DNA of 64,000 nucleotides. Source: the human T2T-CHM13v2.0 reference genome, Homo sapiens. Location: assembly GCF_009914755.1 (NCBI RefSeq), contig NC_060927.1; one strand, given 5' to 3'. A model generated the notes under the pieces. The model worked only from the letters and a program-made list of their open reading frames with translations. It ran no database searches and was not told the DNA's origin. Shown one piece after another: positions 37,744 to 51,527 of this stretch. Position numbers and translations under genes: made by a program. Numbering within the stretch: position 1 is the first letter of the stretch; each line of letters opens with the position of its first letter.

Positions 37744-38892
37744 CCCCGAGTGTATTTTCAAATAGCCTGTTTTCAATTCTTTTTTCTGCTCAATCCATTT
37801 TGCTATTAAAGGGCTCTAATGCATTCTTCAGTATGCCAATTGCATTTTTCAGCTCCAGATTTTCTGTCTGATTATTTTTACTTCTTTCAATCTCTTTGTT
37901 AAATTTCATTGATATCATTCTGAATTCCTTCTTTGTGTTATTTTGAGTTTCCCTGAGTTTCTTCAACACAGTTATTTTGAATTCTCTGTCTGAGAGCTTC
38001 CATATTTCTATTTCTGCAGGATTGGTTCCCTCGTGCCTTATTTGGATCATTCGGTGAGGTCATGTTTTCCTTATTAGTGTTCATGCTAGTAGATGTTCTT
38101 TGGTCTCTGGGCATTGAAGAGTTAGGTATTTATTGTTATCTTCATTGTCTGGGCTTCTTTGTACCCATTCTTCTTGGGGAGGCTTTCTAGATGTTTGAAA
38201 AGATTTGAGTGTTGTGATCTAAGCTATATCTGTTTTACGGGGCATCTCAAGCCCAGTAACACTGTGGTTCTTGCGGTCTTGTAAAGGTACCACCTTAAGG
38301 GTCTCGAAAAAGATTTGGGATAATTTACTGGATTACCAGGCAGAAACTCTTGTTCTCTTCCCTTACTTTCTCCCATACAAAAGGTCTCTCTCTCTCTCTC
38401 TATTCTGAGACATTTGGAGTTGGGGATGGAGTGACCCAAGCACTCCTGTGGCCACCACCTTTAGGACTGCACTATGTGAGACCTGAAGCCAGCACAGCAC
38501 CAGGTCTCGCCCAAGGCCTTCTTTAATTTCTTCTTTGCTACCACCTATGTTCCCTCAAGCTCCTGGGGCTCTTCAATCAGCAGGTGGTAAATCCACTCAG
38601 GCTTGTGTCCTTCCCTTCAGGGTTGCCAGTTCCCCCAGGTCCTGGGAGGTCCACAGTTGCCATCCAGGAGCCAGGTACTAGAGGCAAAAATCTTAGACGT
38701 GTACCTGGTGTTCTGTTGTATATGACTGAGCTGGTATTTAAACCACAAGACACAGTCCTTCCCACTTTTCTCTCCCCTTTCCAAAGGCATAATAACCTCA
38801 CTCCATGACCACAACTACAGGCTCATGGGCAGTACTACCAGATTAATGCCAATATTCTCTTAAGGCCTAAGGGCTTTTAAGTCAGCTGTGTG

Positions 38893-39236
<344 letters not shown>

Positions 39237-42091
39237 TTACCCTTCAGGGCAGTGAGCCCCTCTTCAGGCCAGGGCTTATTCAGAAATCCTGTCCAGGAGC
39301 CAAGTCCTGGTGCTCGACCCCCATGGCTGAACCAGTGCCTAAGGTGCAAGCCAAATCCCCTTTACTTTTCCCTATGCTTTTTTCAAGCAGAGGGAGTCTC
39401 ATCCCATAACCACCACAGCTTGGAATGTGCTGAGTCTCACCTGAAGCCAGAAGTCTCAGAGTCTCTCCCAAGGCCCTCAGTATAGTACTGAGGCTTCTGG
39501 TTATTTACAGCCCAAGGGCTCTTCTGTTAGCAGGTGATGGAGTCCTGTCAGGACTGGGTTCCTCCTTTCATGGCAGTGGATTCTCTTCTGGCCAAGGTTG
39601 TGTCTAGAAATTTCATCTGGGAGCTAGGACCTGGAAAGGGGGCCCAGCAACTCTTACTGGTGCCCTGTCTTTCTGTGGCTGAGCTAGTATCCAAGATGCA
39701 TGACACAGTCCTCCTCACTTTTACCTCTCTTCTTCTTAAGTGGAGGGAAAGAATCTCTTTTGGATGCATGAGCTGTGCAGCCTGGGGTTAGTGTAGGGGC
39801 AAGGCTGACACTCCCTTACCCTTTACCCACCCTGGACGATGTCTCAGTAGGTGATATGTCTCCCCAGTCCACTGACTCTGGATCCAGCCATCACTAGGAC
39901 TTGCCTAGGATCTTCAGTGCTTGTGGCCTAGAATTCCTGTCAAATTTATGTAGTGCCCCAGAGCACTTCAGCTTGTGGTGGTTAGGATTGCAGGCACTCA
40001 AATTCTAACCTCTGAGATCAGCAATTTCCCTCTGGCTAGGGCTGGTTTAAATGTTTTCTCTATAAGGAAGCATCAGCTGAGTTTGGTTCAGTTTTCAGCT
40101 CTAATAGGACAGCACTGAGTTCAAAAATTGCTGTGCTCTCCCTCCCCCAGCACACAGAAACACTTTCTGCAGCAGGCTGACAGTGCGGACGGGTTGGGGA
40201 GGGGTAATTTTGGAGATTCAAAACTTTTTTTTTTAACTTCTTTATTGCCTCTTTCAGTGATACAAGGTTAAAACCAGGTACTGTGGTGCTCACCTGATTT
40301 TTGGTTCTTATGAAGGGGCTTTTCTTGTGTAGATAGTTGTTAAATTGAGGTCCTTGTGAGGGGATGGTCAGTGGAGCCTTTTATTGTGCCATCTTGCTCC
40401 ACTTGCTAGTCCTAATTCACTTGTTCCTAACAACTATGTGTGCATTAGTCATGAAAATTCCATGAGACAGTAGACACAGCTAGCCAACATCTCACATTAC
40501 TTTTTGTTAATTTACAGCACATGCATGTCAGTCATGAAAGCAAAAACCTAAAAGTCAAGTACATGAGTTTTTTATTTTACTGATGTGCTTGATTTATATG
40601 AAGTAAACATGAATTTTCACATTTTGTGTTAGGCTGAACATCAGATAAAGATAACCTAAACTTATTTGACTAGTAAACCCATGTTGAATGGAAGTTGTGT
40701 TCTTGTATTATATTTAATGCTAAAAACTCTAGAGATGTCTATTTTAATTAAACCAGCAAATTTAAAATAGCTTTTATTTACCAGAGATTATCCTAGATCA
40801 TGTGAACTTGAAAAATATTTTGGTTGGTCTTTGTTGTTCTAAGAGTTTAAAGAATTCTTAGTTTATATAAGTATATATTATTCCATAAGCTAGTTAAATA
40901 GAGTTCAAATACAATTTAATTTTGGCAGTATCATCTAGAGTTAGAAAAGTGTCATGCATACAAACATACATAGACATACATAAATATACAGAAAGAAGCG
41001 AATCTTATAGTGTTTATCCTAAAACTGTAGCCATGTGTCAGGTATAATAATGCTGAACTCACTAGTTTATAGAAGAATACCTAGATTTGAATTGTGTTTC
41101 TGGTAGTTGGAACAAGTTAAGATGTCTTGCCCAGTTGACTAAAGCTTTTTACTAATATTTGTGGAAAATACTTTTACTATTTTTCACTTGCCCAATTTAC
41201 AAATACCTTTTTTTTTCTTTCAAACGTGTCATCTTCTTGAAATTTGCATATAGATTTTTAACCTGTTTACCCTCATGCCCTAGCACAGACAGGCTAGAAA
41301 ATTTATATTACAAAGGCACAATGCTTAGAATTCAGGCTTAGGTACAGTCATCTGTGAAAACAAAAAAATAAAAAATGTGTTGGTAAAAGCCCAGTTAAGA
41401 CAAAATAACCAAGATAAACACCTTAAAAAGGTCAGGTTTGTGGTGTAGATTGAATCAATTCTTTCTCCATTATTTAGTGATTTAGTCCTCCATCTCTTTC
41501 TGGACCAGAAAGGGAGACATCCTAAAAATGGAAATTCCTTTAAATTTCTCTTCTAATGCTACCTTAAAATAACCAGCTTGAAATAGTCTTTATGCCAGAG
41601 AGGCAAAATATTTTGGGTATTAATTTGGCCAGCTTCCCAATCCAGCTTTGTTTAGTAATTAGATCAATGAATTCAGCATGGATCCCGTTAATAAATAGGA
41701 CAAGTATTTTCTGTGCCTGCACTCAACATGGATTGACCAGAATGTTTTACAAATAGTATTTCTAATCTTTCCTTAGAGTCAAAGACTAGTTCATCCTTGT
41801 TTCTTTACAGGATTGCATGACAGACCAGTGAGTTGTTGAAGAAATAATTTGAGGGTGGATTCTAAGAGGTTATTTGTTATTTTCCCAGCACTTTTTGTCT
41901 TTCTCTGGAAGACTGAGGGGTAGATCTTTGCTACCTATCTTAGGTACCACACATTTTGCTTCTGCTACCAGCTTCACCAGCTTCCAGTATCATTTGAATG
42001 AATTGGTGAAGATCACAGAGTCCTGGATCATGTGATCCAAGAAGAATTCAAAATTTCACAAAAAATTTCTGGGGCTTTTGTTTGGAACAGG

Positions 42092-43131
42092 TGATAGCAG
42101 CAGGAGGCAGACAAATTCATAGGCAGACAGGGGAAGGTCCCTGATGAAACCCCACCTTCAAACCAAAGACAGATTAAAGCCTGAAATCCAAGCTACAAGT
42201 CTCAGATAAATCCATGGACTGGATTGAGAACCTCTCTTCCCATTTGGTGCACTTTCCTCTGATTAATCCTCACCCTTCACCTATTTTACAAATAACTACC
42301 CTTCCCTAATTGGTTTTTTACACTGTCATGCCCACCTTTGAGTGGTGACTTTAGCCTATTTTGCATACTCACAAACCAATCAGCATGCACTCCCCCATTC
42401 TGAGCCCATAAAAGAACCTGATTCAGCTACACTTAGGGACTACCCACCTATGGGTGAGAGAAGAGAGACCCTCTGACTTCAGGTAAGGGGGTGCCCAACT
42501 CAGGTCCACCTCTCCACTAAGAGCTGTTTGTCACTCAATAAAACTCTTCACCTTGTGCACCCATCAGCTGTCAGCATAACCTCATTCTTCTTGGATATGA
42601 GACAAGAACTAGGGACTTGCTGAATGCAGGTATGAAAAAGCCTGTAAGATTATAGTCCTCTGCTCCTGCCAGCACTCAGTGGCTGCCCCTTGCAATGGGA
42701 AGCAGAGGCAGGGCCGGACCCAGCCCCAGGGCTGTAGGCCATAGCAGGGCAATGAAACTGACAGAGCTGTTAACATGCCCCATTTGTTGGGCTGTGGATG
42801 GCAAGACTAAAAGAGTTATTAGCATGTTGTAACACCCACTCTGGGGCTTCAGGGAATCTCTGTTCAGGTGCCATCACATTCCTCTTGTCCAGATGCTGGC
42901 TCCTAAGGTGGACACAGGTCACAGCACACCTGGCCCAGCTGCAGGCTAAGCACGGATTCTGCAGCGAGTGTAGGATCCAGGCAGGAGGGCAAGGCAAGCA
43001 CAGCCCACCAGGCTGAGTGGGTGGGGTGTCTCCTGCAGCAAGCCCAGGACCCAAGCAAGGCCCAGGCATGGGTGTCACTGGCTGCAGAGGTCTCTGGCTG
43101 GTGAAGTGACAGCGAAAACAATCCTGCATCA
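42092..43131 (+). mobile_element. ERV1 solo LTR (LTR28-like), 4-bp TSD CAGG
   Basis: tgatagcagcaggaggcagacaaa...aatcctgcatca; CCAAT, ataaaa and aataaa elements; CAGG at 42088-42091 and 43132-43135. Confidence 0.8.
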
Positions 43132-43205
43132 CAGGGACATTTTTCACCATTGCTCTGAGCCAGATTTTGTCCAACCTGTAAATGTAGTTAAAGAAGGCAG
43201 GCCTG

Positions 43206-43489
43206 GGACGGGCACAGTGGCTCACACCTGTAATCCCAGCACTTTGGGAGGCCAAGGCGAGCAGATGACCTGAGGTCAGGAGTTCAAGACCAGCCTGGCC
43301 AACATGGAGAAACTCTGCCTCTACTAAAAATACAAAAAAATTAGCCAGGTGTGGTGACGCATGCCTGTAATCCCAGCTACTCAGGAAGCTGAAGCAGGAG
43401 AATTGCTTGAATCCGGGAGGTGGAGGTTGCAGTGAGCTGAGGTTGCACCACTGGACTCCAGGCTGTGTAAGAGAGTGAGACTCTGTCTC

Positions 43490-43516
<27 letters not shown>
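43206..43516 (+). mobile_element. Alu (AluSx-like)
   Basis: Full dimer with long poly-A. Confidence 0.95.
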
Positions 43517-43520
<4 letters not shown>

Positions 43521-43661
43521 AGCAGACCTGGTTAATCGGAGAAACTGACTTTATAGGGCATTTGTCTAGTTTCTTCTTATTATTAGGAGTGAAAACATAA
43601 CAAAGCAAATGTTTAGTAGATTCAGGATTATGAGGTAAGGGATAATCCCCTGCAATATAGA

Positions 43662-44650
43662 TGAAACTGTCTTTGCAAAAATTATGACAATGAGAAAAAT
43701 CTCACATAGGAAAATTATGATAGTGAATCTGACATAAGAAAATGAGACACTGCATCTAACCTTCAAACTACCCTTCTTCATTCCTGCATGTAGGCTGAAC
43801 TAACTTTGGTATCAATTTAGTTTAAATTGAACTAGTTTATAGTTTCAACACAGATGATAACCGCCCCTCACAAAAACCCCCTCCTTCCTTGGGAACCAAA
43901 CCACCTTTGTAAAACTAACCAATTAGCCAACATAAGGTACAGGGAATTAGGCTAAGGCGGACATCTAGGCCTGCATGAGTTTGGAGCACAGGCATATAAC
44001 TCCACTTGCTGTATAATCTGTTTGTATAAGCTCATACTTGGATTGGAGCCACTATTGTTTGAAAAGGGTATAACTGCCCTGCTGACACTGCACAGACTCA
44101 GCTTGCATGCACCTGAAGAGAGAGTAACACTACTGACCCCTGTAAGGGAGAGCCAGTTGCCTTGAAGGTTGGCAGGAGGGAGCTAGGAACCAGCTTGTGC
44201 CCAGAGTGAAAGAGTTAAGCTGCTCTCCCCATAAAGAGAGAGGCCAGGGAGTGCAGCTTGTAAGCCAGGGAGTGCAGCTGCAGGTACAGGGGCGGTAGGA
44301 GCTGCAGAGCTGGAGCAGACAGCTGACATAAAGACAGACAGCTGACATAAAGACAGGTAGCTGACATAAAGACAGACAGTGTAAGAGAGCTGCTGACCAG
44401 AAAGCTGCTGAATAAAACTACATTTCACCTGCCTACACCACCCCACCGAGTGTCTTTCAGCTATCTGCCACCCGCCCACTTCCCCGGAACCTCAGCATGG
44501 GCTGGAACCTAACCCTGGGCATGACATTTAGCATAGTCGTGGACCTAACCACCACAAAGTTAGAAATTATGGCACTAGAGTCTTGCAGCCAGAGGCTACA
44601 AGGTTCCTAACCTCCCCAATTGCTCCTATGACAACATTTTTATTATAAAA
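43662..44650 (+). mobile_element. LTR8-like LTR interrupted by an LTR18-like LTR (about 43931-44550)
   Basis: tgaaactgtctttgcaaaaattatgaca start; aattagcca...caaagttagaaattatgg split by an element starting taaggtacagggaattaggc that has three agctgacataaagacag repeats. Confidence 0.65.
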
Positions 44651-44754
44651 CATACCTACAGCATGAACTGGGTAGCGATAAATTGCAAGATTGCTTTGTC
44701 TAGTAAAATTTATCATCAGATATCAGCTCACCTGGAAGCTAAGCTGTTATGTCC

Positions 44755-45390
44755 GGAATTTAAGCTGTAGTTCGCATGAGGAGGACAACTTCACTTGGAG
44801 TTGGCTTCTGAAGGAAATCTTGATCTTTGGTCTTATTAAAATCATGTTTTAACTAGCTCAGGTAAGACCATGCTAATCAAAGCATTCAGAGCATCCAATT
44901 TTATATATAAACTGAAGTTTGCATAAAATGTCAGAAGCATCACTTATGAAAAATAGTGGCATCAAGTGTAATTTCAATTGTAAAAATCAGAACTAGCTAC
45001 AGTGACTTAAAGTTTACCATTCTGAGCTTTGTAATAACCTGTAGGATAATCTGGATTTCTCATACACATCTAAATCCACAACGCCCAGTTGAAGATCTTC
45101 ACTTTACCCTATAGGGAATCCTAAGGTGTTCTTAGCGGAATTTCAGTTCTCCACACCATCCTCTCCTGGCAAAAATAAAGAGATACAATTGGTGAACCCT
45201 TGTAATGAAAGCAAATTTATGTTAGCAACATTTTCCTAAGATTGAAAATGAAGCCTCCATAATGAATCAGTGTGCAAAGAATTCCTACCTGTGTTATTGT
45301 CATTTCTGTTCTATTATGCATTTTTCTATGCTTTAGAAAGCCTAACACTTTTGAAGGATCTCCGTAATTTCTTATAATATTGGTAAGAGA
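44755..45390 (+). promoter_or_regulatory. Putative OR5H2 promoter and non-coding first exon
   Basis: Diverged homolog of 3530-4160; palindromic O/E-like CCCTATAGGG (45107); donor TG|GTAAGA with GT at 45383. Confidence 0.5.
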
Positions 45391-47679
45391 GAAATTATTT
45401 TTCATATTATTATTTTTAATGAAAGTCTAAAATGCTATTTAATTTATAATAATTTTGTATTTGATTTACAGCATACCAAAATTGCCAGGGGCAAATGGAA
45501 CAAAAGAAGTGAATAATCTTCCTATTTTATTATCTAGATAACCAAAATAACTAAAATCTATGTCTAAAATCTTATCTAAAATCTAGATAAGCAAAATAAC
45601 TATAAAATAAAATTTTGAACCCTTATATATTATCTTTTAAACCCAACTCTAATGACTATGTAAGGTAAATTCTGGATAACTAGAACATTAAATGCTTTAA
45701 AACTGGGTTTAAAGCTTTAATTCATTTCTATGGTTATATAAGAAATCTTTCTGATGATTCTGACATAAAGGTTTATTCTGTGTAGTCAACATTTCTGATT
45801 AAAACTTTTAAGATCTGTTAATTAAATATTAACTCCTCTATATCATCACCACTTATGGCAGTAATTTCATTGATCATATTAAATATAGGCATATAAATAA
45901 ATATATAAAATTAGTACAAAGAAATAAATATATTTTTATTGAGTATTTTATTTATAAATAATACTAGTAATTCACATATATACATCTCAGAAAATATACA
46001 GCAAATATACTTCCCCTACCTTTTTTGACATTTATAGTTTTAAAAAGTACCTGCATAAATTGACTTTGAGAATGTGTGATTATATTGTTAATTGGGTTTG
46101 AATGGAATAAACCAATTATATAAAAATTTACATAACAAGTGGAATTATTGCCCTTTGTTCTTTATATAGTCTGCCTCAGGATCCCGTCTTTGGTTTATTT
46201 AATTCTGCTAAAAAACAAGCAATCAAACAAAATGCTGATGGAGAATAAAGTGCTCTCACTATCAGCAAGATTTCTTGAGAAATTTCATTTTAAGCTCCAT
46301 AATAATAAAGATATAGCAACATTTGAATATGGAATAAACTTTCAGACAGTGCCAATATGGTCATGAACAGTGGAACATTTATGGGTAAAATTTTAAGTAA
46401 AAGTCTCTTCATCATACACAAATTCCAAAGGGAAACAAACTGAATTTTTTAAAAAAGAAAGTGAAAATACTCTCAGAGCTCTCTGTCATATTCATGAACA
46501 TCAGAGTTAATGCACACATTCAACTCAAGCTTCTGAGCTTTTCCCTTTATTTGCCTCTATGTTTCTCTCAGACTTCCTCTCTATCTCTTTTTTTTTTTGG
46601 CTTGTCTTTTTTGCACTTACCCCTATATGGCATAATTATTCTCAGCCTATTTTTCTTCCTCCTTCTTATTTTCACCCACACAAATTTCCCTTTCCACTTT
46701 TCCTGTCCCTTTTCTCCTCTAAATATCTTGCTGTCCTCTGTCTTGTCTATATTTTCTTTTGAGAACTTTTCTTAAATATTCTACAGAAGAAAAAATATTA
46801 AACTAGTGTATGAGCAGCAGACAAATGCTAACCATTCTCCACATTTCATAGAGTACTCTATTTCATCACCTCACTGTTTTGCCATTTGTTTCCCATTCAC
46901 GTCTTATTTGCTGAACTTTATTCCATTATATAAGGGAAACTGCTCTCACTAAAGCCACTAAAAAATCATGTACATTCTCAGCACAGTGATTTTCCTTCAC
47001 TTCTTGTCCTACTAAACCATTTATTTTGGCATTTGGCCCTGTACTTCACTTTGTCATTCTTTGTATCTTTCCTTTCTTTATGTCCCCAAAACTCAATTCT
47101 CTAGTTTCCCTCCTGCTTCTTCCCTTGATCCTTCTGTTCAATATCCTTTTCTGTTCTCTCCCTCATCTCTCTTTTGAACATCCAGGTTTTGGGGGGCTGC
47201 AACAGGAAATAAGTTATTGAATGGATATTGAGTTTAACATATAAATGCTAGGAAAGTTGGAGAAATTCACTGGAAAACAATGGCAGGAACAGAAGGAAGC
47301 AAGGCAGCCAGTCAACAGCCAAAATCCTGTTCCAACAGTAGCTTCATGAGTGTGGTTTTTTCTGCTGCTGAACTGCCAATGACACAGCTTATATTATCTG
47401 TACCATTGTTTTTTAAATGCAGGGTGCATGTTCTGAGATCTTGAAATTTTTGCTTCAACTGCCTTTGTACTAATTTTTTTTTATTGTCCATGTACATTTG
47501 CCTCCATTTCTCTATATCCAAATCTAGGTTGAGTGGGTTTGATTACACATACCAAAGTCAAATCCTTTGTCTGCCACTAAGATCCGTGTGGGAGAGAAAA
47601 AAGTATCAGATGTTGACCATCCAATAAATGACATCCATTCTCTATATTACCTTTCAATATAACTCCTCAAGCTGTTTTT

Positions 47680-49030
47680 CTTTTTTTTAAAAAAAGTCAA
47701 CTTTTATTTTAGATATAGAGAGAATATATGCAGGCTTGTTACATGGGTATATTGCATGCAGTTAGTGAGCAGAGTACTCAATAGTTTTTCCACCCATTCT
47801 CCCCTCCGTCTCCCATGTACTAGTCCAAAGTGTCTATTGTTCTCATGTTTATGTCCATGTGTGTTCAATGTTTAGCCCCACTTGTAAATAAGAACGTGTG
47901 TCATTTGGTTTTCTGCTCCTGTGTCGGTTTGCTTTGGATTATGGCCTCCAACTGCATCCATGCTGCTGCAAAGTACATGATCTCATTCTTTGTTATGGCT
48001 GAGTAGTATTCCATCTTGTATATGTACCACATTTTAAAAATCCAATCCACCCCTGCTGGACACCTAGATTGATTCCATGTGTTTACCATTGTGAATAGTG
48101 TAGCAATGAACATAGGAGTGCATGTGACTTTAACAACAAAGACAGCATGGTATTGTTACAAAAACAGACATATAGACCAATGGAACAGAGTAGCAAACTC
48201 AGAAATTAAGCCACATGCTTGGAATAATCTGATCTTCAACAAGGCTGACAAAAAACAAGCAACAGAGAAAGGATACCCTATTCAGTAAACGGTGCTGTGA
48301 TGGCGGCTAGCCATATGTGGAAGAATGAAACTGAATCCTTTCCTTTCATCATACACAAAAATTTATTCAAGATGGATTAAATATTTAAATGTAAGACTTC
48401 AAAATGTAAAAATCCTAGACGAAAACCTAGGAAGTATTCTTCTCAACATCAGCCTTAGCAAAGAATTTTCGGCTAAGTCCTCAGAAGCAATTGCAATGAA
48501 AACAAAAATTGACAAGTGTGACCTAATTAAGGTAAAGAACTTCTGCACAGCAAAAGAAATCATCAATAGAGTACACAGACAACCTACAGAATGACAGAAA
48601 ATATTTGCAAACTATGCATCCAATAAAGGTCTAATATCAGAATCTATAAGGAACTTAAACAAATCAGCAAGCAAAAAAATGTAACCCTATTAACAAATAA
48701 GCAAAGGACATGAACAGATCCTTCTCCAAAGAAGACATACAGGCAGTCAACACACATAAAAAAGAAATGCTCATCATTAATCATCAGAGGAATGCAAATC
48801 AAAATCACAATGAGATACCATTTCACACCAGTCATAATGGCTATTATTAAAAAACAAAACATGCTGATGAGGCTGTGGAGAAAAGGAAAGGCTTATACAC
48901 TGTTGGTGGAAATACTTTAGTTCAGCCACTGTGGAAAGCAGCCTGGAGATTTCTCAACAATTTGAAACAAAGCTACCATTTGACCCAACAATCCCATTAC
49001 TGGGTATATACCCAAAGGAAATTAGGTCAT
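47680..49030 (-). mobile_element. 5'-inverted (twin-primed) L1, L1PB/old L1PA-like
   Basis: Minus-strand 3' end 47680-48130 abuts a plus-strand ORF2 segment 48131-49030 whose end is adjacent in L1 coordinates to where the minus segment stops. Confidence 0.8.
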
Positions 49031-49418
49031 TATACTATCAAGTATTTTTGGTGCTATGCTTTTCTTTTCTTAATGTACTCTCCAATAGGTAAGACATCCA
49101 TTACTATGCCTTCAACTACTCCAGTGACTCCCAAGTTATTTCTATCACTCTAGTAGAATTGTATTACTAATACCAAACATCTCACCTACATATTCAAGGC
49201 ATGCTCACACTGCAAACTTGTCAATGCCCCTGAGTTCTCAGTCTCTATTTTGAATGACAATCTACCTACTCACAAAGTGACTCCTTTTTCCTTCACTGAA
49301 TACTACTTTTCTATCAAATATGTGACTAAGTCCTAGTGACACTACTTTCTGAATGCTTTAGAATCTATTTCTTCATCCTCATTATTTGCAAGATTATAAT
49401 ACACATGGACTAGGCACT

Positions 49419-50330
49419 TGCAAACTTAAAATTCAAAGCCCCCCATCAACAGAACGAACCCCCTCTTGGCCAAAAGTTCTCCAGAAAAACTGTAAAAACT
49501 TAGTTCTCAGCCATGACAGGGTGGGAAGTCAGATGTGCCTTGTTATACTTCCTCTCTTTTGCAATTTAGACATGACAACTGACCGGTATTAATGTTAAGA
49601 TAGAGATTATAAGACTGACAGAACATATTCTTTGTGACAATAAGATTCCAAATTATAAACAGAACCTAAGGCCACACCAGGCAAGGTTTAAGTCAGGCAC
49701 CTCTACACTTAAAGAATAAACTGTGTTCTAACTGCCACAAGGTTTTTCTTTTTCTCTAGTAGCTAAACAGGCACTGGCCTCAAGACAAGCAGGATTAAAA
49801 CAATTTGCAGCTGCACCAGATGCTCAGTAACTGAACCCCTGCTACCAGACATAACTACAGCTTTGATTGGACAAGAGACTGATGTCAGTAACTTTCTCCA
49901 GATAAGAGGAAAACTGACCACGGACTGGTTCTGGCTGGTTTACAGAGACAGTGCATTTATGGGCCTTCATGTCCTGAGAAGACCTTTTGATGTATAGGGC
50001 CTAACTGTAACAAATTTAAATGTTAAGTCTCCACTCCAATGTGAACATGGGTTGTATGTTACATACATGTTCAATATGCATGTGCCAAGGCTACCTTCAT
50101 GAATACTCATAGATCCTCCCGTAACCTGTTGAATATGTATATTTAGCCAACTTATTTAGCCTAAAGCTCCTACCTCAAGCCCCCCTCCTTTGATGTGCCT
50201 GTCTCTGGTCTTGGCCAGAGGCATGCTTCCCAGCATACTTGATGGCCACCTTGCAGGCTGTAACCCCTTATAAGAAATAAGTCTTCTCTCCTTTTCTAAA
50301 TTTACAAATAGTGATTTTCTTAAGTTAACA
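49419..50330 (+). mobile_element. MER4-family (MER4D-like) solo LTR
   Basis: tgcaaacttaaaattcaaagcccccc...ctcttggccaa start, ends aagttaaca; interrupts sequence continuous in paralogs (gggactagacactacacatgca at about 5231). Confidence 0.75.
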
Positions 50331-50582
50331 CACATTACATGCATTTCTATCATCTGCATTTTAAAAGTAGATTATTTGATCACATTTTTAGAATTAAAAT
50401 AATTGCATTTATTTTGATTTCTTATATTTCCCAAAACAGTTTCCATCTATTACAGGAATATGAAAGAAAATTAAAAGGGTATTGTAATAAGAGTATGTTT
50501 TTCTATCAACTTCCCTCCCCCAGTATCTGCTGTATAAGTCTTAGTGAATGCTCTTTTACATTTACTGCATTTCATTTCAGGG

Positions 50583-51527
50583 ATGTCGAATGAGGACATG
50601 GAACAGGATAATACAACATTGCTGACACAGTTTGTTCTCACAGGACTTACATATCAGCCAGAGTGGAAAATGCCCCTGTTCTTGGTGTTCTTGGTGATCT
50701 ATCTCATCACTATTGTGTGGAACCTTGGTCTGATTGCTCTTATCTGGAATGACCCACAACTTCACATCCCCATGTACTTTTTTCTTGGGAGTTTAGCCTT
50801 TGTTGATGCTTGGATATCTTCCACAGTAACTCCCAAAATGTTGGTTAATTTCTTGGCCAAAAACAGGATGATATCTCTGTCTGAATGCATGATTCAATTT
50901 TTTTCCTTTGCATTTGGTGGAACTACAGAATGTTTTCTCTTGGCAACAATGGCATATGATCGCTATGTAGCCATATGCAAACCTTTACTATATCCAGTGA
51001 TTATGAACAATTCACTATGCATACGGCTGTTAGCCTTCTCATTTTTAGGTGGCTTCCTCCATGCCTTAATTCATGAAGTCCTTATATTCAGATTAACCTT
51101 CTGCAATTCTAACATAATACATCATTTTTACTGTGATATTATACCACTGTTTATGATTTCCTGTACTGACCCTTCTATTAATTTTCTAATGGTTTTTATT
51201 TTGTCTGGCTCAATTCAGGTATTCACCATTGTGACAGTTCTTAATTCTTACACATTTGCTCTTTTCACAGTCCTAAAAAAGAAGTCTGTTAGAGGCGTAA
51301 GGAAAGCCTTTTCCACCTGTGGAGCCCATCTCTTATCTGTCTCTTTATATTATGGCCCACTTATCTTCATGTATTTGCGCCCTGCATCTCCACAAGCAGA
51401 TGACCAAGATATGATAGACTCTGTCTTTTATACAATCGTAATTCCTTTGCTAAATCCCATTATCTACAGTCTGAGAAATAAACAAGTAATAGATTCATTC
51501 ACAAAAATGGTAAAAAGAAATGTTTAG
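50583..51527 (+). CDS. OR5H2: Olfactory receptor 5H2, 314 aa (309 aa from ATG 50598)
   Basis: Intact [15 protein letters not shown]..., [46 protein letters not shown]; protein recognised from memory. Confidence 0.93.
   Translation: MSNEDMEQDNTTLLTQFVLTGLTYQPEWKMPLFLVFLVIYLITIVWNLGLIALIWNDPQLHIPMYFFLGSLAFVDAWISSTVTPKMLVNFLAKNRMISLSECMIQFFSFAFGGTTECFLLATMAYDRYVAICKPLLYPVIMNNSLCIRLLAFSFLGGFLHALIHEVLIFRLTFCNSNIIHHFYCDIIPLFMISCTDPSINFLMVFILSGSIQVFTIVTVLNSYTFALFTVLKKKSVRGVRKAFSTCGAHLLSVSLYYGPLIFMYLRPASPQADDQDMIDSVFYTIVIPLLNPIIYSLRNKQVIDSFTKMVKRNV

Noticed and set aside
42770-43255. 161-aa minus-strand ORF
   Set aside because: Starts in an antisense Alu ([12 protein letters not shown]) and continues through an LTR
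44321-44380. Three 20-bp repeats agctgacataaagacag
   Set aside because: Local tandem expansion inside an LTR18-like element; no sign of independent function
46461-46775. Hydrophobic 104-aa ORF resembling a membrane protein
   Set aside because: Product of pyrimidine-rich low-complexity sequence; no OR or other motifs
50544-50582. ORF-track N-terminal extension of OR5H2 (327 aa)
   Set aside because: GTG start upstream of the predicted splice acceptor at 50579-50580
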